NCBI GenBank assembly: GCA_963788655.1
Contig: CAWBHS010000004.1
Coordinates: forward strand, 26,349-90,348
Reading direction: 5' to 3'
DNA from: an uncultured Verrucomicrobiae bacterium
Lineage (GTDB): Bacteria; Verrucomicrobiota; Verrucomicrobiia; Limisphaerales; JAFGQR01
Length of the DNA stretch: 64,000 nt
Below, piece by piece: positions 1 to 10,981 of this stretch (the stretch's first letter is position 1; each line of letters begins with the position of its first letter). The notes under the pieces were generated by a model. It made no database searches, was not told the origin of the DNA, and saw nothing but the letters and a program-made list of their open reading frames with translations. The translations under genes were made by a program, and so were the position numbers.

Positions 1-1188
1 GCGGATGCGCTCACCCCGCAGACCCGCGCCTATCACGCCATTTGGGTGGAGGGCGTGGAATTGGATTTGAAAGATGCCGCGGATCAGGATTTTGTCGATC
101 CGCTATACGGGAAGAAGTATTTGCCTCGGAAATTCAAAGTGGCGTTCGCCATTCCGCAGTTGAACGATGTGGACTTGTTCACCAATGATCTGGGTTTCAT
201 CGCCGTCGAGGAGAACGGTCAACTCATTGGATATAATGTGACGGCCGGTGGCGGCATGGGACGGAGTCATGGCAACCAGGCGACGTTCCCACGGGTGGCG
301 GATCGGCTGGGTTTCATTCGGCCCGAACAAGTCGTTGAAGTGGCGAAGGCTGCCGTCACTATCCATCGGGACTTTGGCGACCGCACCAACCGCAAACACG
401 CCCGGCTGAAATACGTGTTGGAAGAACGCGGCGTGGATTGGTTCCGCGCCGAAGTGGAAGCGCGGGCGGGAATCCAATTCGAACCGATGCGGGCTTTTGA
501 GTTCGAGCGGCAGGGCGATTTGTTGGGCTGGCATCGGCAGCATGATGGGCAATTGTTTTTGGGACTGTTTGTATTGAGCGGACGCATCAAGGATGCTGAG
601 GGTTACCGGCTCAAATCTGCTTTGCGCGAGATCGTCGAACAATTCAAACCGGAAGTGCGCCTGACGCCATCGCAAAACATCATCCTGGCCGACATCGCCA
701 TCGAGAATCGGGAGGCGATAACCCGCCTCCTCGCCGAACACGGCGTGCCCGTGGACAACCAAGGCACCATCCTGCGCCGCGCCGCGATGGCGTGCCCGGC
801 ATTGCCGACGTGCGGACTGGCGCTGGCGGAAAGCGAACGTTATCTGCCGAACTTCCTGGATCAGGTCGAAGCAGTACTGGGCGACTTGGGACTGGCGGAC
901 CAGGAAATCATCATTCGCATGACCGGTTGCCCAAATGGCTGCGCCCGGCCATATATGGCGGAGATCGGTTTGGTGGGCAAAGCGCCTGGTCGTTACCAGA
1001 TCTGGCTGGGCGGCAACGTGGCCAGCACGCGGCTGAATCGGTTGCACCGGGACAACGTCAAGGAAGCCGAATTGATCGGCGAACTGCGTGGGTTGCTCGA
1101 GCGTTACCAAAAAGAGCGCCTCGGTGCCGAGCGGTTCGGGGACTGGTGCGAACGCGTGCTGTGGCCGGAGGCGGCCGTGGCAGCGTGA
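1..1188 (+). CDS. cysI: Sulfite reductase hemoprotein (beta) subunit, 5'-truncated by the window edge
   Basis: Frame open from base 1; LPRKFK motif, siroheme/4Fe-4S ligands ACPALPTC and MTGCPNGCARP; upstream of cysH/cysD/cysN. Confidence 0.92.
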   Translation, partial: ADALTPQTRAYHAIWVEGVELDLKDAADQDFVDPLYGKKYLPRKFKVAFAIPQLNDVDLFTNDLGFIAVEENGQLIGYNVTAGGGMGRSHGNQATFPRVADRLGFIRPEQVVEVAKAAVTIHRDFGDRTNRKHARLKYVLEERGVDWFRAEVEARAGIQFEPMRAFEFERQGDLLGWHRQHDGQLFLGLFVLSGRIKDAEGYRLKSALREIVEQFKPEVRLTPSQNIILADIAIENREAITRLLAEHGVPVDNQGTILRRAAMACPALPTCGLALAESERYLPNFLDQVEAVLGDLGLADQEIIIRMTGCPNGCARPYMAEIGLVGKAPGRYQIWLGGNVASTRLNRLHRDNVKEAELIGELRGLLERYQKERLGAERFGDWCERVLWPEAAVAA

Positions 1189-1374
1189 GCCGGACGGTCT
1201 ATTGTTGCGTTACCACGAAACTCTCGACCACCTGATTTGAAAGTCGTGCTACCCCATCAATCCTGGCATAGCGGCGTCTCGGCAGATCGCCGCCATCATG
1301 TTCGAGAATTTGCGATGCTCTGCCGAGACGCCGCTACGGTTCAGGATGCCAATGCGCTTTATTAAAAACTGAGC

Positions 1375-2106
1375 ATGTTGTCGCGCGAAGAAATCCAGGA
1401 GCTGAATCTGCGTTTCAACCAGGAACCCACCGAAGCTATCCTGCAATGGGCCTGGAAACGGTTTGGAACCCGGGCGGCCATTGGCACCAGTTTTCAAGGC
1501 GCCGGCCTGGTGATGATTCATCTGGCCAGCCAGGCGGGCCTTCAATTCCCGGTGTTCACGATTGATACGGGCTTGCTATTCCCGGAAACGGTGGCGTTGA
1601 AACAGCGGCTTGAAGAGTTCTTTGGTTTTCCCATCGAATCTTTAAATCCCGACCTGACGGTGGAAGAGCAAGCCGACATTCATGGACCAGAACTGTGGCG
1701 CACCGAACCCGATCTGTGCTGCACGGTGCGCAAGGTGCTGCCGCTGCGCGACCGGCTGAGCACGCTCGATTGCTGGATCACCGGCCTGCGCCGGCAGCAA
1801 AGCGATACCCGGGCGAACGTCGGCATTGTCGAACTCTACGCCTTTGACGAAACCACCGGGCATGACATTGTGAAACTCAATCCGATGGCGAACTGGAAGC
1901 GCGAGGCGGTCTGGCAGTACATCCGCGAACACCGTATTCCGTACAATCCGTTGCAGGACCGAGGCTATCGCTCGATTGGTTGCCGGCCCTGCACTCGGCA
2001 GACGGCGGCGGGGGAGAACGAACGCGCCGGGCGGTGGACCGGCTTCAACAAAGTCGAATGCGGCATTCACACCTTCATGTCGAAGAAAGTTGATTTCCAA
2101 ATTTAG
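1375..2106 (+). CDS. cysH: Phosphoadenylyl-sulfate (PAPS/APS) reductase
   Basis: TSF, IDTG, CC..RKV, GYRSIGC.PCT, ERAGRW and ECGIH motifs. Confidence 0.93.
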   Translation: MLSREEIQELNLRFNQEPTEAILQWAWKRFGTRAAIGTSFQGAGLVMIHLASQAGLQFPVFTIDTGLLFPETVALKQRLEEFFGFPIESLNPDLTVEEQADIHGPELWRTEPDLCCTVRKVLPLRDRLSTLDCWITGLRRQQSDTRANVGIVELYAFDETTGHDIVKLNPMANWKREAVWQYIREHRIPYNPLQDRGYRSIGCRPCTRQTAAGENERAGRWTGFNKVECGIHTFMSKKVDFQI

Positions 2107-2110
2107 GTCT

Positions 2111-2922
2111 ATGGACTACCTCTCCAAACTCGAGAACCAATCCATCTACATTTTCCGCGAGGCCTTCAACAAGTTCGAACGGCTGGCGATGCTCTGGAGC
2201 ATTGGCAAGGACTCGACCGTGCTGCTGTGGCTGGCGCGCAAGGCTTTTTTCGGACACGTACCTTTTCCGCTGGTCCACGTGGACACCAGCTACAAGATTC
2301 CGAGCATGATCGAGTACCGCGACCGACTCTGCCGCGAATGGAACCTGCAATTGGTTGTCGGCAAAAACGAGGAGGCGTTGCGTGCCGGGCTGACCTTTCC
2401 CAACGGCAAAGCCACCCGGGTCGAATGCTGCGGCCGTTGAAGAAGGACGCGCTCAAAGCGGTGCTCGACCAGCACCAATTCAACGGCGTGATCGTGGGCG
2501 TGCGCCGCGATGAGGAGCCGACCCGGGCCAAAGAGCGTTACTTCAGTCCGCGCGACAAAAACATGGAATGGAACGCCGAAGACCAACCGCCCGAGTTGTG
2601 GGACCAATTCAAAACCGATTTCGAACCCGGCGCTCACATTCGCATTCATCCGTTGTTGCACTGGACGGAACTGAACATTTGGGAATACATCGAGCGCGAA
2701 AACATTCCGATCATTCCGCTCTACTTTGCCAACGACAAAGGCGAGCGCTATCGCAGCATCGGATGCTTTCCCTGCACGACTCCCATCAAGTCCCGCGCCG
2801 GGACCGTGCAGGAAATCATCGAGGAACTGCGAATCACCAAGGAACCCGAACGCGCCGGCCGCGCCCAGGACAAGGAGAGCGAAGACGCCTTCGAGAAACT
2901 GCGGCGCGACGGATACATGTAA
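2111..2922 (+). CDS. cysD: Sulfate adenylyltransferase subunit 2 (one frameshift near 2435)
   Basis: MDYLSKLE..., SIGKDS, HVDT in one frame, continuing as LK...GVRRDEE..RAKER...GYM in the next frame. Confidence 0.92.
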
Positions 2923-2946
2923 ACGCAAAATCATCATTCCCCTTTC

Positions 2947-4843
2947 ATGGCTCCCTCCGCCCCCGCTACCGAGCAACTGAAAATCGTCATCGTCGGCCAC
3001 GTCGATCATGGCAAGTCCACCTTTGTGGGTCGGCTGTTTCACGACACCGGCTCGCTGCCCGAAGGCAAACTCGAGCAACTCCAAAAGATTGCCGAACGCC
3101 GCGGCGTGCCCTTCGAATGGGCCAACCTGATGGACGCTCTGCAGTCCGAACGCGACCAGAACATCACCATCGACACCGCGCAGATCTGGTTCCACACCGC
3201 AGAAGCGGCAATACGTGATCATTGATGCGCCGGGCCACAAGGAGTTCATCAAAAACATGGTGACCGGCGCGGCCAATGCCGAAGCCGCCTTGCTGCTCAT
3301 CGACGCCCACGAAGGCGTCCAGGAAAATTCCCGGCGGCACGGTTACCTGCTGCATCTGTTGGGCATCCGCCAGGTTGTCGTGCTGGTGAACAAAATGGAT
3401 TTGGCCGATTACCGCCAAAGCCGCTTCGACGAAATCGAAGTCGAATATCGTCATTGGCTCAAGAGCATCGATCTGGAGCCCAAGCTGTTCATCCCCATCG
3501 CGGCCAAAACGGGTGACAACATTGCGCTGCTCAGCAAAAACATGCCCTGGTGGACCGGGCCGACCGTCGTGGAAGCGCTGGATGAACTGATCGTCTCTGA
3601 ATTGCCGAAGGACCAGCCGTTGCGGTTTCCCATCCAGGACATTTATCGTTTCGACGAACGTCGAATTCTGGCGGGCCGCGTGGAGAGCGGAACGGTCAAG
3701 GTCGGTGATCGGCTGCTCTTTTCGCCCAGCAACAAAACCAGCGTCGTCAAGACCATCGAACGTTGGAACGCTCCGTCCCACGATGAAGCGTCCGCCGGCG
3801 AAAGCATCGGCATCACACTGACCGAGCAAATCTTTGTCGAGCGCGGCGCGGTGGCGGCCCTCGAAACGGCGCCCCCGTACGAACTGGCCAAATTCAAAAC
3901 GCGCGTGTTCTGGCTGGGCAAGCAACCTTTCAAGAAAGGCACGCGCTACAAAATCAAACTGGCCACGCAGGAGGCTGAGTGCGAAATCGCCAGCATCGAA
4001 AAAGTCATCGACGCCTCGACGTTGAGCACGGTATCCCGCCAGCACAACGAAGTCTTTGTGGGACGGCACGAAGTCGGCGAAGTTACCCTCAAAACCAAGA
4101 AACCGCTCGCCTTCGATGCGGTGACCGAAATCATTCCCACGGGGCGTTTTGTCATCGTGGATGGCGTGGAAGTCTGCGGCGGCGGCATCGTGTTGGCAGA
4201 CGATTACCCGCGCCGGTCCGCGGGGGGCGAACACAAGAGCGACAACATCTTCTGGAGCCAAGGCAAGATCACGGCCGAGCATCGCTCCCGCCGCAACGGC
4301 TATCCCGGTTGCGTGATCTGGCTGACGGGGCTGTCCGGCTCCGGCAAGAGCACCATCGCCAACGAACTGGAGCGGGAACTCTTCAATCTCGGCAAGAATG
4401 CCTACGTCCTCGACGGCGACAATGTCCGCCACGGCTTGTGCAGCGATCTGGGGTTCAGTCCCCACGAACGCACCGAGAACATCCGCCGCGTGGGCGAAGT
4501 GGCCAAGCTGTTTGCGGACGCGGGCGTCATCTGCGTCACGGCGTTCATCTCACCGTATCGCGAGGATCGCGACTTGGTGCGGCAGATGTTGCAGGTGGAC
4601 CAGTTCGTTGAGGTGTTTGTCAATGCGCCGGTCGAGGTTTGCGAACAGCGTGATCCCAAGGGACTTTACGCCAAGGCTCGCGCCAATGAACTCCAGGAAT
4701 TCACCGGTATCTCCGCACCATACGAACCGCCGTTGAAACCGGAACTTGAACTCCTCACCGCCGAAGCGACCATCGAAACCTGCGTCGCCCGGATATTGGA
4801 TCATCTCCATTTGCGCGACGTGGAAATGGCGATTTCGATTTAG
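2947..4843 (+). CDS. cysNC: Bifunctional sulfate adenylyltransferase subunit 1 / adenylylsulfate kinase (frameshift near 3200)
   Basis: [18 protein letters not shown] and NKMD GTPase motifs; C-terminal APS kinase [29 protein letters not shown]. Confidence 0.93.
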
Positions 4844-4942
4844 CCCAGGGGAGCACAAGCGCCTCGCCGGTCGTTCGGCGCGCCTCGCGCCGAACATCGA
4901 ATGGAATGCCGCGTCCAATCTGAGACGGGCGGTGAATAACGA

Positions 4943-4965
4943 GTCAACGGCGCGGTGCCGTTGAC
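4943..4965. promoter_or_regulatory. 23-bp palindrome GTCAACGG-N7-CCGTTGAC, copy 1
   Basis: gtcaacgg cgcggtg ccgttgac; same arms and spacer length as the copy at 6301-6323. Confidence 0.5.
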
Positions 4966-5000
4966 AACGCCCGGGGCGGGCGTGTTCTCCGGCGGGCCGG

Positions 5001-6215
5001 CTACAACAAATAACAAAACATCGCGTCGCGCAGCTTCGGCTCGAACCACGTGCTTTTGGGCGGCATCATTTCGCCGGCGTCGGCGATCGTCATGAGATCT
5101 TCGACGCTCGTGGGATACATGGAAAAGGCGCAGGCACACTCATGCTGGCGCACGATCTTCTCCAATTCCGCCGGGCCGCGAATCCCGCCGACAAAAATGA
5201 TCCGTTCACTTCTGCGGGGATCGTCGATGCCGAAGATCGGCTTGAGCACGTGTCTCTGGAGCAACGCCACGTCAAGTTGTTCCAGCACCTCGGCTGAGGA
5301 GGTCAGGTGCGGATGAAATTGCAGTTCGTACCACTTGTCGGCCAGGTACAGGCACAAGTCATGTTTGCGCGCCGGTTGGGTGGCGCCGGTTTCCCGGACG
5401 TCGCAGACGGCATCCAATTTGGCCAGCAACGTTTCGGGCGTGTGGCCGTTCAGATCTTTGAGCACCCGGTTGTACGGCAAAACGCGCAACTGGTTGTGGG
5501 GAAAAATCACCGTCAGGAAATATCGGCTGTTACCGCCACCTTTACGGGCTTGAAACACCCGCGCCGCCGCCGCCGTGCGATGGTGCCCGTCCGCGATGTA
5601 CAAATACCGAATCCGCTCGAAGGTCTTTTGAATTAGCTCCACGTCCTCGTCACAGACCAGCGACCAGGCGCTATGTCGCACACCGTCGGCCGCGACGAAA
5701 TCCACCGTCGGCTCCGTGGCCGTGCGTTTGGCCACCAGTTCATCGAGCGCCGGCGCCGCGCGATAAATCAGAAAGGCCGGACCGGTTTGGGCATTCAATG
5801 CTTCGATGTGCCGAACGCGATCATCCTCCTTGTCCGGCCGGGTCGATTCGTGCTTGCGGATAATGTTGCGCAGATATTCCTCGCAACTGGCGACCGCCAC
5901 CAGACCGGTTTGCGTGTGGTTGCCCTGGGTTTGGCGGTAAAGGTAAAAACCGGGCTGCACATCCTGACGCAGCCAGCCTTCGGAAAGAAACCGGGCGAAG
6001 TTGCGCTTGCCCTTTTCATACACCTGCGGATCGTGTGAATCGAGCGTCGCCGGCAGATCAATCTCCGGCTTGCTGACCCGGAAAAAACTGAAGGGATTGC
6101 CGGCCGCTTGTTCGCGCGCTTCATCCGCCGACAACACGTCGTAAGGCAGTTCGCAAATACGGACTGCCAGTTCGGGCCGCGGTCGCAACGCGGCAAAGGG
6201 TTTGATCGTCGCCAT
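5001..6215 (-). CDS. DUF1015 family protein
   Basis: MATIKPF, LPYDV, IRKHE.TRPDKEDDR, YIADGHHR, MPPKSTWFEPKLR. Confidence 0.9.
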   Translation of the reverse strand: MATIKPFAALRPRPELAVRICELPYDVLSADEAREQAAGNPFSFFRVSKPEIDLPATLDSHDPQVYEKGKRNFARFLSEGWLRQDVQPGFYLYRQTQGNHTQTGLVAVASCEEYLRNIIRKHESTRPDKEDDRVRHIEALNAQTGPAFLIYRAAPALDELVAKRTATEPTVDFVAADGVRHSAWSLVCDEDVELIQKTFERIRYLYIADGHHRTAAAARVFQARKGGGNSRYFLTVIFPHNQLRVLPYNRVLKDLNGHTPETLLAKLDAVCDVRETGATQPARKHDLCLYLADKWYELQFHPHLTSSAEVLEQLDVALLQRHVLKPIFGIDDPRRSERIIFVGGIRGPAELEKIVRQHECACAFSMYPTSVEDLMTIADAGEMMPPKSTWFEPKLRDAMFCYLL

Positions 6216-6300
6216 AAACTGAGGGCGGGAAACATAAAGGCTGCCCCGGCGGCAACGCACGCACAAAAAGCACATTGGGATCGCACTCGCTTCAAGCGCT

Positions 6301-6323
6301 GTCAACGGTGTCACCCCGTTGAC
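6301..6323. promoter_or_regulatory. 23-bp palindrome GTCAACGG-N7-CCGTTGAC, copy 2
   Basis: gtcaacgg tgtcacc ccgttgac in the divergent intergenic region. Confidence 0.5.
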
Positions 6324-6589
6324 TCGCAAACCGCCGCCGTTTTCAAATTGCGCGCCGTTCCATTCGCGTTCGGCGCGGAGCGCCCAACCAGCCAGCCAGC
6401 GAGCCGCATCGCCGATGCTCCTCAATACGTTTGGCTTGTTCCGGGGGCACGACTTGGCATTCTGGGGACAGTGACCGCTGTACCGGGCCTAATCGGCAGA
6501 TTACTTGCTGTGCTTTAGTGGAATTCTTGGTCAAAACCAACTGTGGTAAATGGATTTGAGACAGTTAAAACCATAACAAACATAACTAC

Positions 6590-7633
6590 ATGGAAACGAA
6601 ACGACTCGTAGAACAGGACCCACCCTTGCAGAAGGATGACCTCATCGTCATCACGGGCGGCGGCGGCTTTATTGCCGGTAATCTGGCGAAATATTTTTCG
6701 GACAAAGGATTCACCCGCATCCGGGCGGTGGACAAGAAGCCGCTTTATGAATGGTATTTGCGGGTGCCCGGCGTCGAATCGCTCTGTCTGGATGTCAGTC
6801 AGGAAGTCAATTGTCGGCGCGTGTGCGAAGGCGCCGTCGAAGTGTATAACCTGGCCGCCGACATGGGCGGCATGGGCTTCATCGAGCGCTTCCGGGTCGA
6901 GTGCCTGCGGAGCATTCTGGTAAACACCCACATGATTGAAGCGGCTTACCGGGCTGGAGCGCGGCGCTATTTCTTTTCCTCGTCGGCCTGCGCTTACAAT
7001 ACCCTGCTCCAAAAAGATCCCAACGTGCGGGCCTTGAAGGAATCCGACGCCTATCCCGCCATGGCCGAACGCGGTTACGGTTGGGAAAAACTCATGTCCG
7101 AAATGTTCTGCCAGGAATACTGGGCCGAACGCGGCATGAAGACCGCCATTGCGCGGTTCCACAATGTGTATGGTCCGTACGGCACGTGGGACGGCGGCCG
7201 CGAAAAGGCCCCAGCCGCGATCTGCCGCAAAATCATCGATGCGATCGACAAGGGACGCGACACGATTGATATCTGGGGCGACGGCTCCCAAACCCGCAGC
7301 TTCATGTATATCGAGGACTGCGTGAAGGGCATCGACATGATCATGCACTGCGACGAGTTGATTGCCACGCCGATCAACCTTGGCTCCAGCGAAATGGTGT
7401 CCATTAACGAACTGGTGTCCAAAGTGGAGAAGATCGCCGGGGTCAAGTTGAAACGGAACTACCAACTCGATGCCCCGAAGGGCGTGGCTGGCCGCAACAG
7501 CGACAACACGTTCATCAAGCAGGTGCTCAAGTGGGAACCCAACACCACCCTCGACGAAGGATTGCGCGCCACCTACAAGTGGATCAAGGAACAGTACGAA
7601 GCCCGCAAAAAGGGCAAACGCGTGGTTGAATGA
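6590..7633 (+). CDS. NAD-dependent epimerase/dehydratase, GDP-mannose 3',5'-epimerase-like
   Basis: TGGGGFIAG, NLAADMGGMGFI, SSSAC, YGWEK, GGREKAPAAICRK, WGDG.QTRSF. Confidence 0.88.
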   Translation: METKRLVEQDPPLQKDDLIVITGGGGFIAGNLAKYFSDKGFTRIRAVDKKPLYEWYLRVPGVESLCLDVSQEVNCRRVCEGAVEVYNLAADMGGMGFIERFRVECLRSILVNTHMIEAAYRAGARRYFFSSSACAYNTLLQKDPNVRALKESDAYPAMAERGYGWEKLMSEMFCQEYWAERGMKTAIARFHNVYGPYGTWDGGREKAPAAICRKIIDAIDKGRDTIDIWGDGSQTRSFMYIEDCVKGIDMIMHCDELIATPINLGSSEMVSINELVSKVEKIAGVKLKRNYQLDAPKGVAGRNSDNTFIKQVLKWEPNTTLDEGLRATYKWIKEQYEARKKGKRVVE

Positions 7634-8457
7634 ACAACCACGTACCGAACTCTTTGTCCAACCAAGCGCCCATTCCGATTACGGAAATCATCGGCAAGAT
7701 CCCCCACCGCCTCGCACTGGCCGGCGGGTGGATCGATCAGCCGTTTGTCTCGCGCCACAATCCGCAACCGCCGGGCTCCATGGTGGTGGTTGCCTTGGAA
7801 CCGTATTTCCCGGTCATGGATCGCGCCGGGTTTGCGACCGGCACCCGCGACATTGCCCGGCGATTGTGGCACGACGAACTGCCCGCGCGACCTCCGGACG
7901 AACTTGTCCGCGAACTCTACGAAGCAGAGAACCGCGGCAAAGCCGAGCCTTCCGGTTCGCAAGACATGATTGGCCTGGTCTATCCGGGCATCAATCGACT
8001 GGACTACGACTTCAGCGCGCATGGCGGCATTTTTCCGGCGCATATCGAGTCGCTCAACGAACCGCGTGCGGCGCGGTGGCTTGAATCGGTGCTGCACGTG
8101 TTGCCGGTCGCGCAACGTCCGAGCGGCTACAATCCGTTGGGCGAAAAACATCTCGATCCACAATGGATCGCGCGGTTGGGCCAGTCGGGAAAAACTTGTT
8201 TCGACGCCATCCGCCGCATGGATCTGTCGGCGTTGGGCGCTGCGATGAACGAGTGCATGGCGTGCTGGGCGGCGATCCTGCCGCATACTATGCGACACGC
8301 CACGATCCGAGAAAATCTCCCGGGGCTGTTGCGCTCGTATCAGTCGAGGTATCCCGGCGCCATGTATTCCGGCTGCGGTGGCGGGTACTTGTTTGTCGCT
8401 TCGGCGGAGCCGGTGCCGGGTGCCTTCAACGTGAACCTTCGTTTGGCCACACCGTGA
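7630..8457 (+). CDS. GHMP-family sugar kinase-like protein
   Basis: P.RLALAGGWID, SGSQD, GAMYSGCGGGY; overlaps both neighbours (ATGA/GTGA). Confidence 0.65.
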   Translation: MNNHVPNSLSNQAPIPITEIIGKIPHRLALAGGWIDQPFVSRHNPQPPGSMVVVALEPYFPVMDRAGFATGTRDIARRLWHDELPARPPDELVRELYEAENRGKAEPSGSQDMIGLVYPGINRLDYDFSAHGGIFPAHIESLNEPRAARWLESVLHVLPVAQRPSGYNPLGEKHLDPQWIARLGQSGKTCFDAIRRMDLSALGAAMNECMACWAAILPHTMRHATIRENLPGLLRSYQSRYPGAMYSGCGGGYLFVASAEPVPGAFNVNLRLATP

Positions 8458-9293
8458 ACGACACGCAGAAGCAGGTGGTGGTTTCCGGCGCCTTTGATGA
8501 CTTGAAGGCGTCGCACCTCCGGTTCCTGGAAGAAGCGGCCCAATTGGGCGAGTTGACTGTCCTGCTGTGGGCTGACGAACTCGTCGGTCGCATCGCGGGT
8601 AAACCGCCCAAGTTCCCGGAAGCTGAACGGCGCTATTTGTTGGAGTCCGTCCGCTATGTCAGCCGGGTCAAACGGGTCGCCAACCGGTTGGACAAGGATG
8701 CGCTGCCGGACTGGGAGACGCTCGGCTTCAAGCCCGATCTTTGGGTGATGGACGAAGCGCAAGCCGGTTCCGCCCAAAAAGCATTTGCCGAGGAGCACGG
8801 CGTGCAATACCAGGCGCTGAGGCGAGTTGACTTGACGGGATTTCCCGAACGCCCGGCACCTGCCGGCAACTCCGAGACCGGCCGGCGCAAAGTCATGGTG
8901 ACGGGTTGCTACGATTGGTTTCACTCCGGCCATGTGCGTTTCTTTGAAGAAGTCAGCGCTTATGGTGATTTGTATGTGGTCGTCGGACACGATGCCAACA
9001 TCCGTTTGCTCAAGGGCGAGGGCCACCCGCAGTTTTCCCAGGACGAACGCCGCTATGTGGTTCAATCCATCCGTTTTGTCACCCAGGCGCTTGTGTCAAC
9101 CGGGGATGGCTGGCTGGATGCAGAACCGGAAATCCAACGCCTCCAGCCGGACATCTATGCCGTAAACGAAGACGGCGACCGTCCCGAAAAACGCGAGTAT
9201 TGCGCCCAGCACGGCCTCCACTACCTGGTGCTCAAGCGCATTCCCGCTCCCGGCCTGCCCCCGCGCACCAGTACCGATTTGCGTGGATTCTAG
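8454..9293 (+). CDS. Tandem-domain cytidylyltransferase family protein
   Basis: Two HxGH-type domains: SGAFDDLKASH (degenerate) and TGCYDWFHSGH; C-terminal RTSTDLR. Confidence 0.8.
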   Translation: MNDTQKQVVVSGAFDDLKASHLRFLEEAAQLGELTVLLWADELVGRIAGKPPKFPEAERRYLLESVRYVSRVKRVANRLDKDALPDWETLGFKPDLWVMDEAQAGSAQKAFAEEHGVQYQALRRVDLTGFPERPAPAGNSETGRRKVMVTGCYDWFHSGHVRFFEEVSAYGDLYVVVGHDANIRLLKGEGHPQFSQDERRYVVQSIRFVTQALVSTGDGWLDAEPEIQRLQPDIYAVNEDGDRPEKREYCAQHGLHYLVLKRIPAPGLPPRTSTDLRGF

Positions 9294-9348
9294 CTAAGGA
9301 CGTTCGCGGTCTGAAAACTGGATTATTTCTACAAGAACTGGTTTTAGC

Positions 9349-9492
9349 ACTACAGCGACACTTTCCACAAATCGCGGATGGAGCGCGGCGTTTACGCCGC
9401 TTCACCGTCCTATTCAATAAGCCGCTGGCAGGTCCTTGGTGCTTGAAGCGGCCTAAAGGCTGCGCTCCGTTCTTCGGAAGTGTCGCTGTAGT
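9349..9492. repeat. MITE/REPIN-like element: 15-bp terminal inverted repeats enclosing an inverted REP pair
   Basis: actacagcgacactt ... aagtgtcgctgtagt; internal ggagcgcggcgtttacgccgcttca / tgaagcggcctaaaggctgcgctcc. Confidence 0.65.
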
Positions 9493-9529
9493 TTTAGGAA
9501 GTCTTCCCAGGCTTCTGCCCGTTGAATAG

Positions 9530-10981
9530 TTACGGGTTGTCGGAAGGTTCTTCCGCTTCGTCCTGTTTCGGGTGGAGGCCGAAGCGATTTAGTTTTTCCC
9601 GCAAGGTCAGGCGGGACAATCCCAGCCAGCGGGCGGCTTTGCTTTGGTTGCCCTGAGCCAATTGGATGGCTTGAGAGAGGACTTCGCGTTCGGCCAGTTC
9701 GAGGAGGCGCGCGTGTGCGTTGGTGATTTCTCCGCGTTGCGCGGCAGCAAGCAGTGCAGTGGCATGTTGCTCAAGGGATTGCTGGCCCGTCGGAGGCGGG
9801 GCTGCCTCCTGGCTCAGCACGGCGGTCACGTGATCACGGTTGATCGTATAACCGCGCGCCAACAGGAGGATTTTCCGCACAGTGTTCTCCAGTTCGCGCA
9901 CGTTGCCGGGCCACGGCTGCGATTGCAACAGTGCCATGGCCTCCGGGCGAATGGAGGGCGGACCTTCGCCGAGTTCCTCGCCGTGTTTTTGAAGAAAGTA
10001 TTGGATCAGGTCCGGAATGTCTTCCCGCCGTTCTCGCAACGCCGGCAAGCGGACGACCACGGTGCTTAAACGGTAATACAGGTCTTGGCGAAACTGCTGT
10101 TCGGCCAGGGCGGTTTCCAGGTTGCGATTGGTCGCCGCGATGACGCGGACGTCGGCCGCGATCAGTTCCTTGCCGCCCAAGCGCCGAAAGTTCTTTTCCT
10201 GGAGCACGCGCAACAGTTTGACCTGCGTGCCGGGGGGCATGTCGCCGATTTCGTCGAGAAAGATGGTGCCGCCGTGCGCCTGTTCGAAGCGTCCAATGCG
10301 GCGCGCCTCGGCGCCGGTGAACGCGCCGCGTTCGTGTCCGAAGAGTTCACTTTCGAGCAAGGTTTCCGGGATCGCCGCGCAGTTGATGGCCACCATGGGC
10401 GCGGATTTGCGGTCGCTGTGCTGGTAGATGGCCCGGGCCACGAGTTCCTTGCCCGTCCCGGTTTCTCCGCGGAGTAGGATATTGACCGGCTTGGCGGCGA
10501 CACGGCCAATCTCTTTGTAAATGGCTTGCATCGCCCGGCTGTTGCCAATGATGGCGTCCCGTCCGATATCGGCCTCACCCAGGGTGATGGGTTGGGACGT
10601 CAGGCGCCCGGCGGCCACGGCTTTCGCCACCAGCGCCAACAATTCATCCATTTCAAACGGTTTGAGCAGGTAGTCGTAGGCGCCGAATTTGGTGGCTTCG
10701 ATGGCGATGTCGGTGGTGCCGTGCGCGGTCATCAGGATCACCGGCAGGCGAGGCTTGACGGTATGTAATTGACGGACGAGTTCCAAGCCATCGCCGCCGG
10801 GCAGCTTCAAGTCGCTGAGGACGGCATCGAAGTTTTGCTGCTCGGCGCGCTGGAGCCCGTTGTCGCCACGGGTTTCCCAAGCAAGGGTGTAACCTTCGTC
10901 GGCCAGCACTTGCCGGAGCCCGGCCGCCAGGTCCGCATCGTCTTCAATCAGGAGCAGGCTAGGCTTGGGTTTCAGGTTCAT
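9530..10981 (-). CDS. Sigma54-dependent response regulator (NtrC family)
   Basis: Receiver domain, GETGTGKE, ESELFGHERGAFTGA, WPGNVREL, Fis-type HTH. Confidence 0.93.
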   Translation of the reverse strand: MNLKPKPSLLLIEDDADLAAGLRQVLADEGYTLAWETRGDNGLQRAEQQNFDAVLSDLKLPGGDGLELVRQLHTVKPRLPVILMTAHGTTDIAIEATKFGAYDYLLKPFEMDELLALVAKAVAAGRLTSQPITLGEADIGRDAIIGNSRAMQAIYKEIGRVAAKPVNILLRGETGTGKELVARAIYQHSDRKSAPMVAINCAAIPETLLESELFGHERGAFTGAEARRIGRFEQAHGGTIFLDEIGDMPPGTQVKLLRVLQEKNFRRLGGKELIAADVRVIAATNRNLETALAEQQFRQDLYYRLSTVVVRLPALRERREDIPDLIQYFLQKHGEELGEGPPSIRPEAMALLQSQPWPGNVRELENTVRKILLLARGYTINRDHVTAVLSQEAAPPPTGQQSLEQHATALLAAAQRGEITNAHARLLELAEREVLSQAIQLAQGNQSKAARWLGLSRLTLREKLNRFGLHPKQDEAEEPSDNP

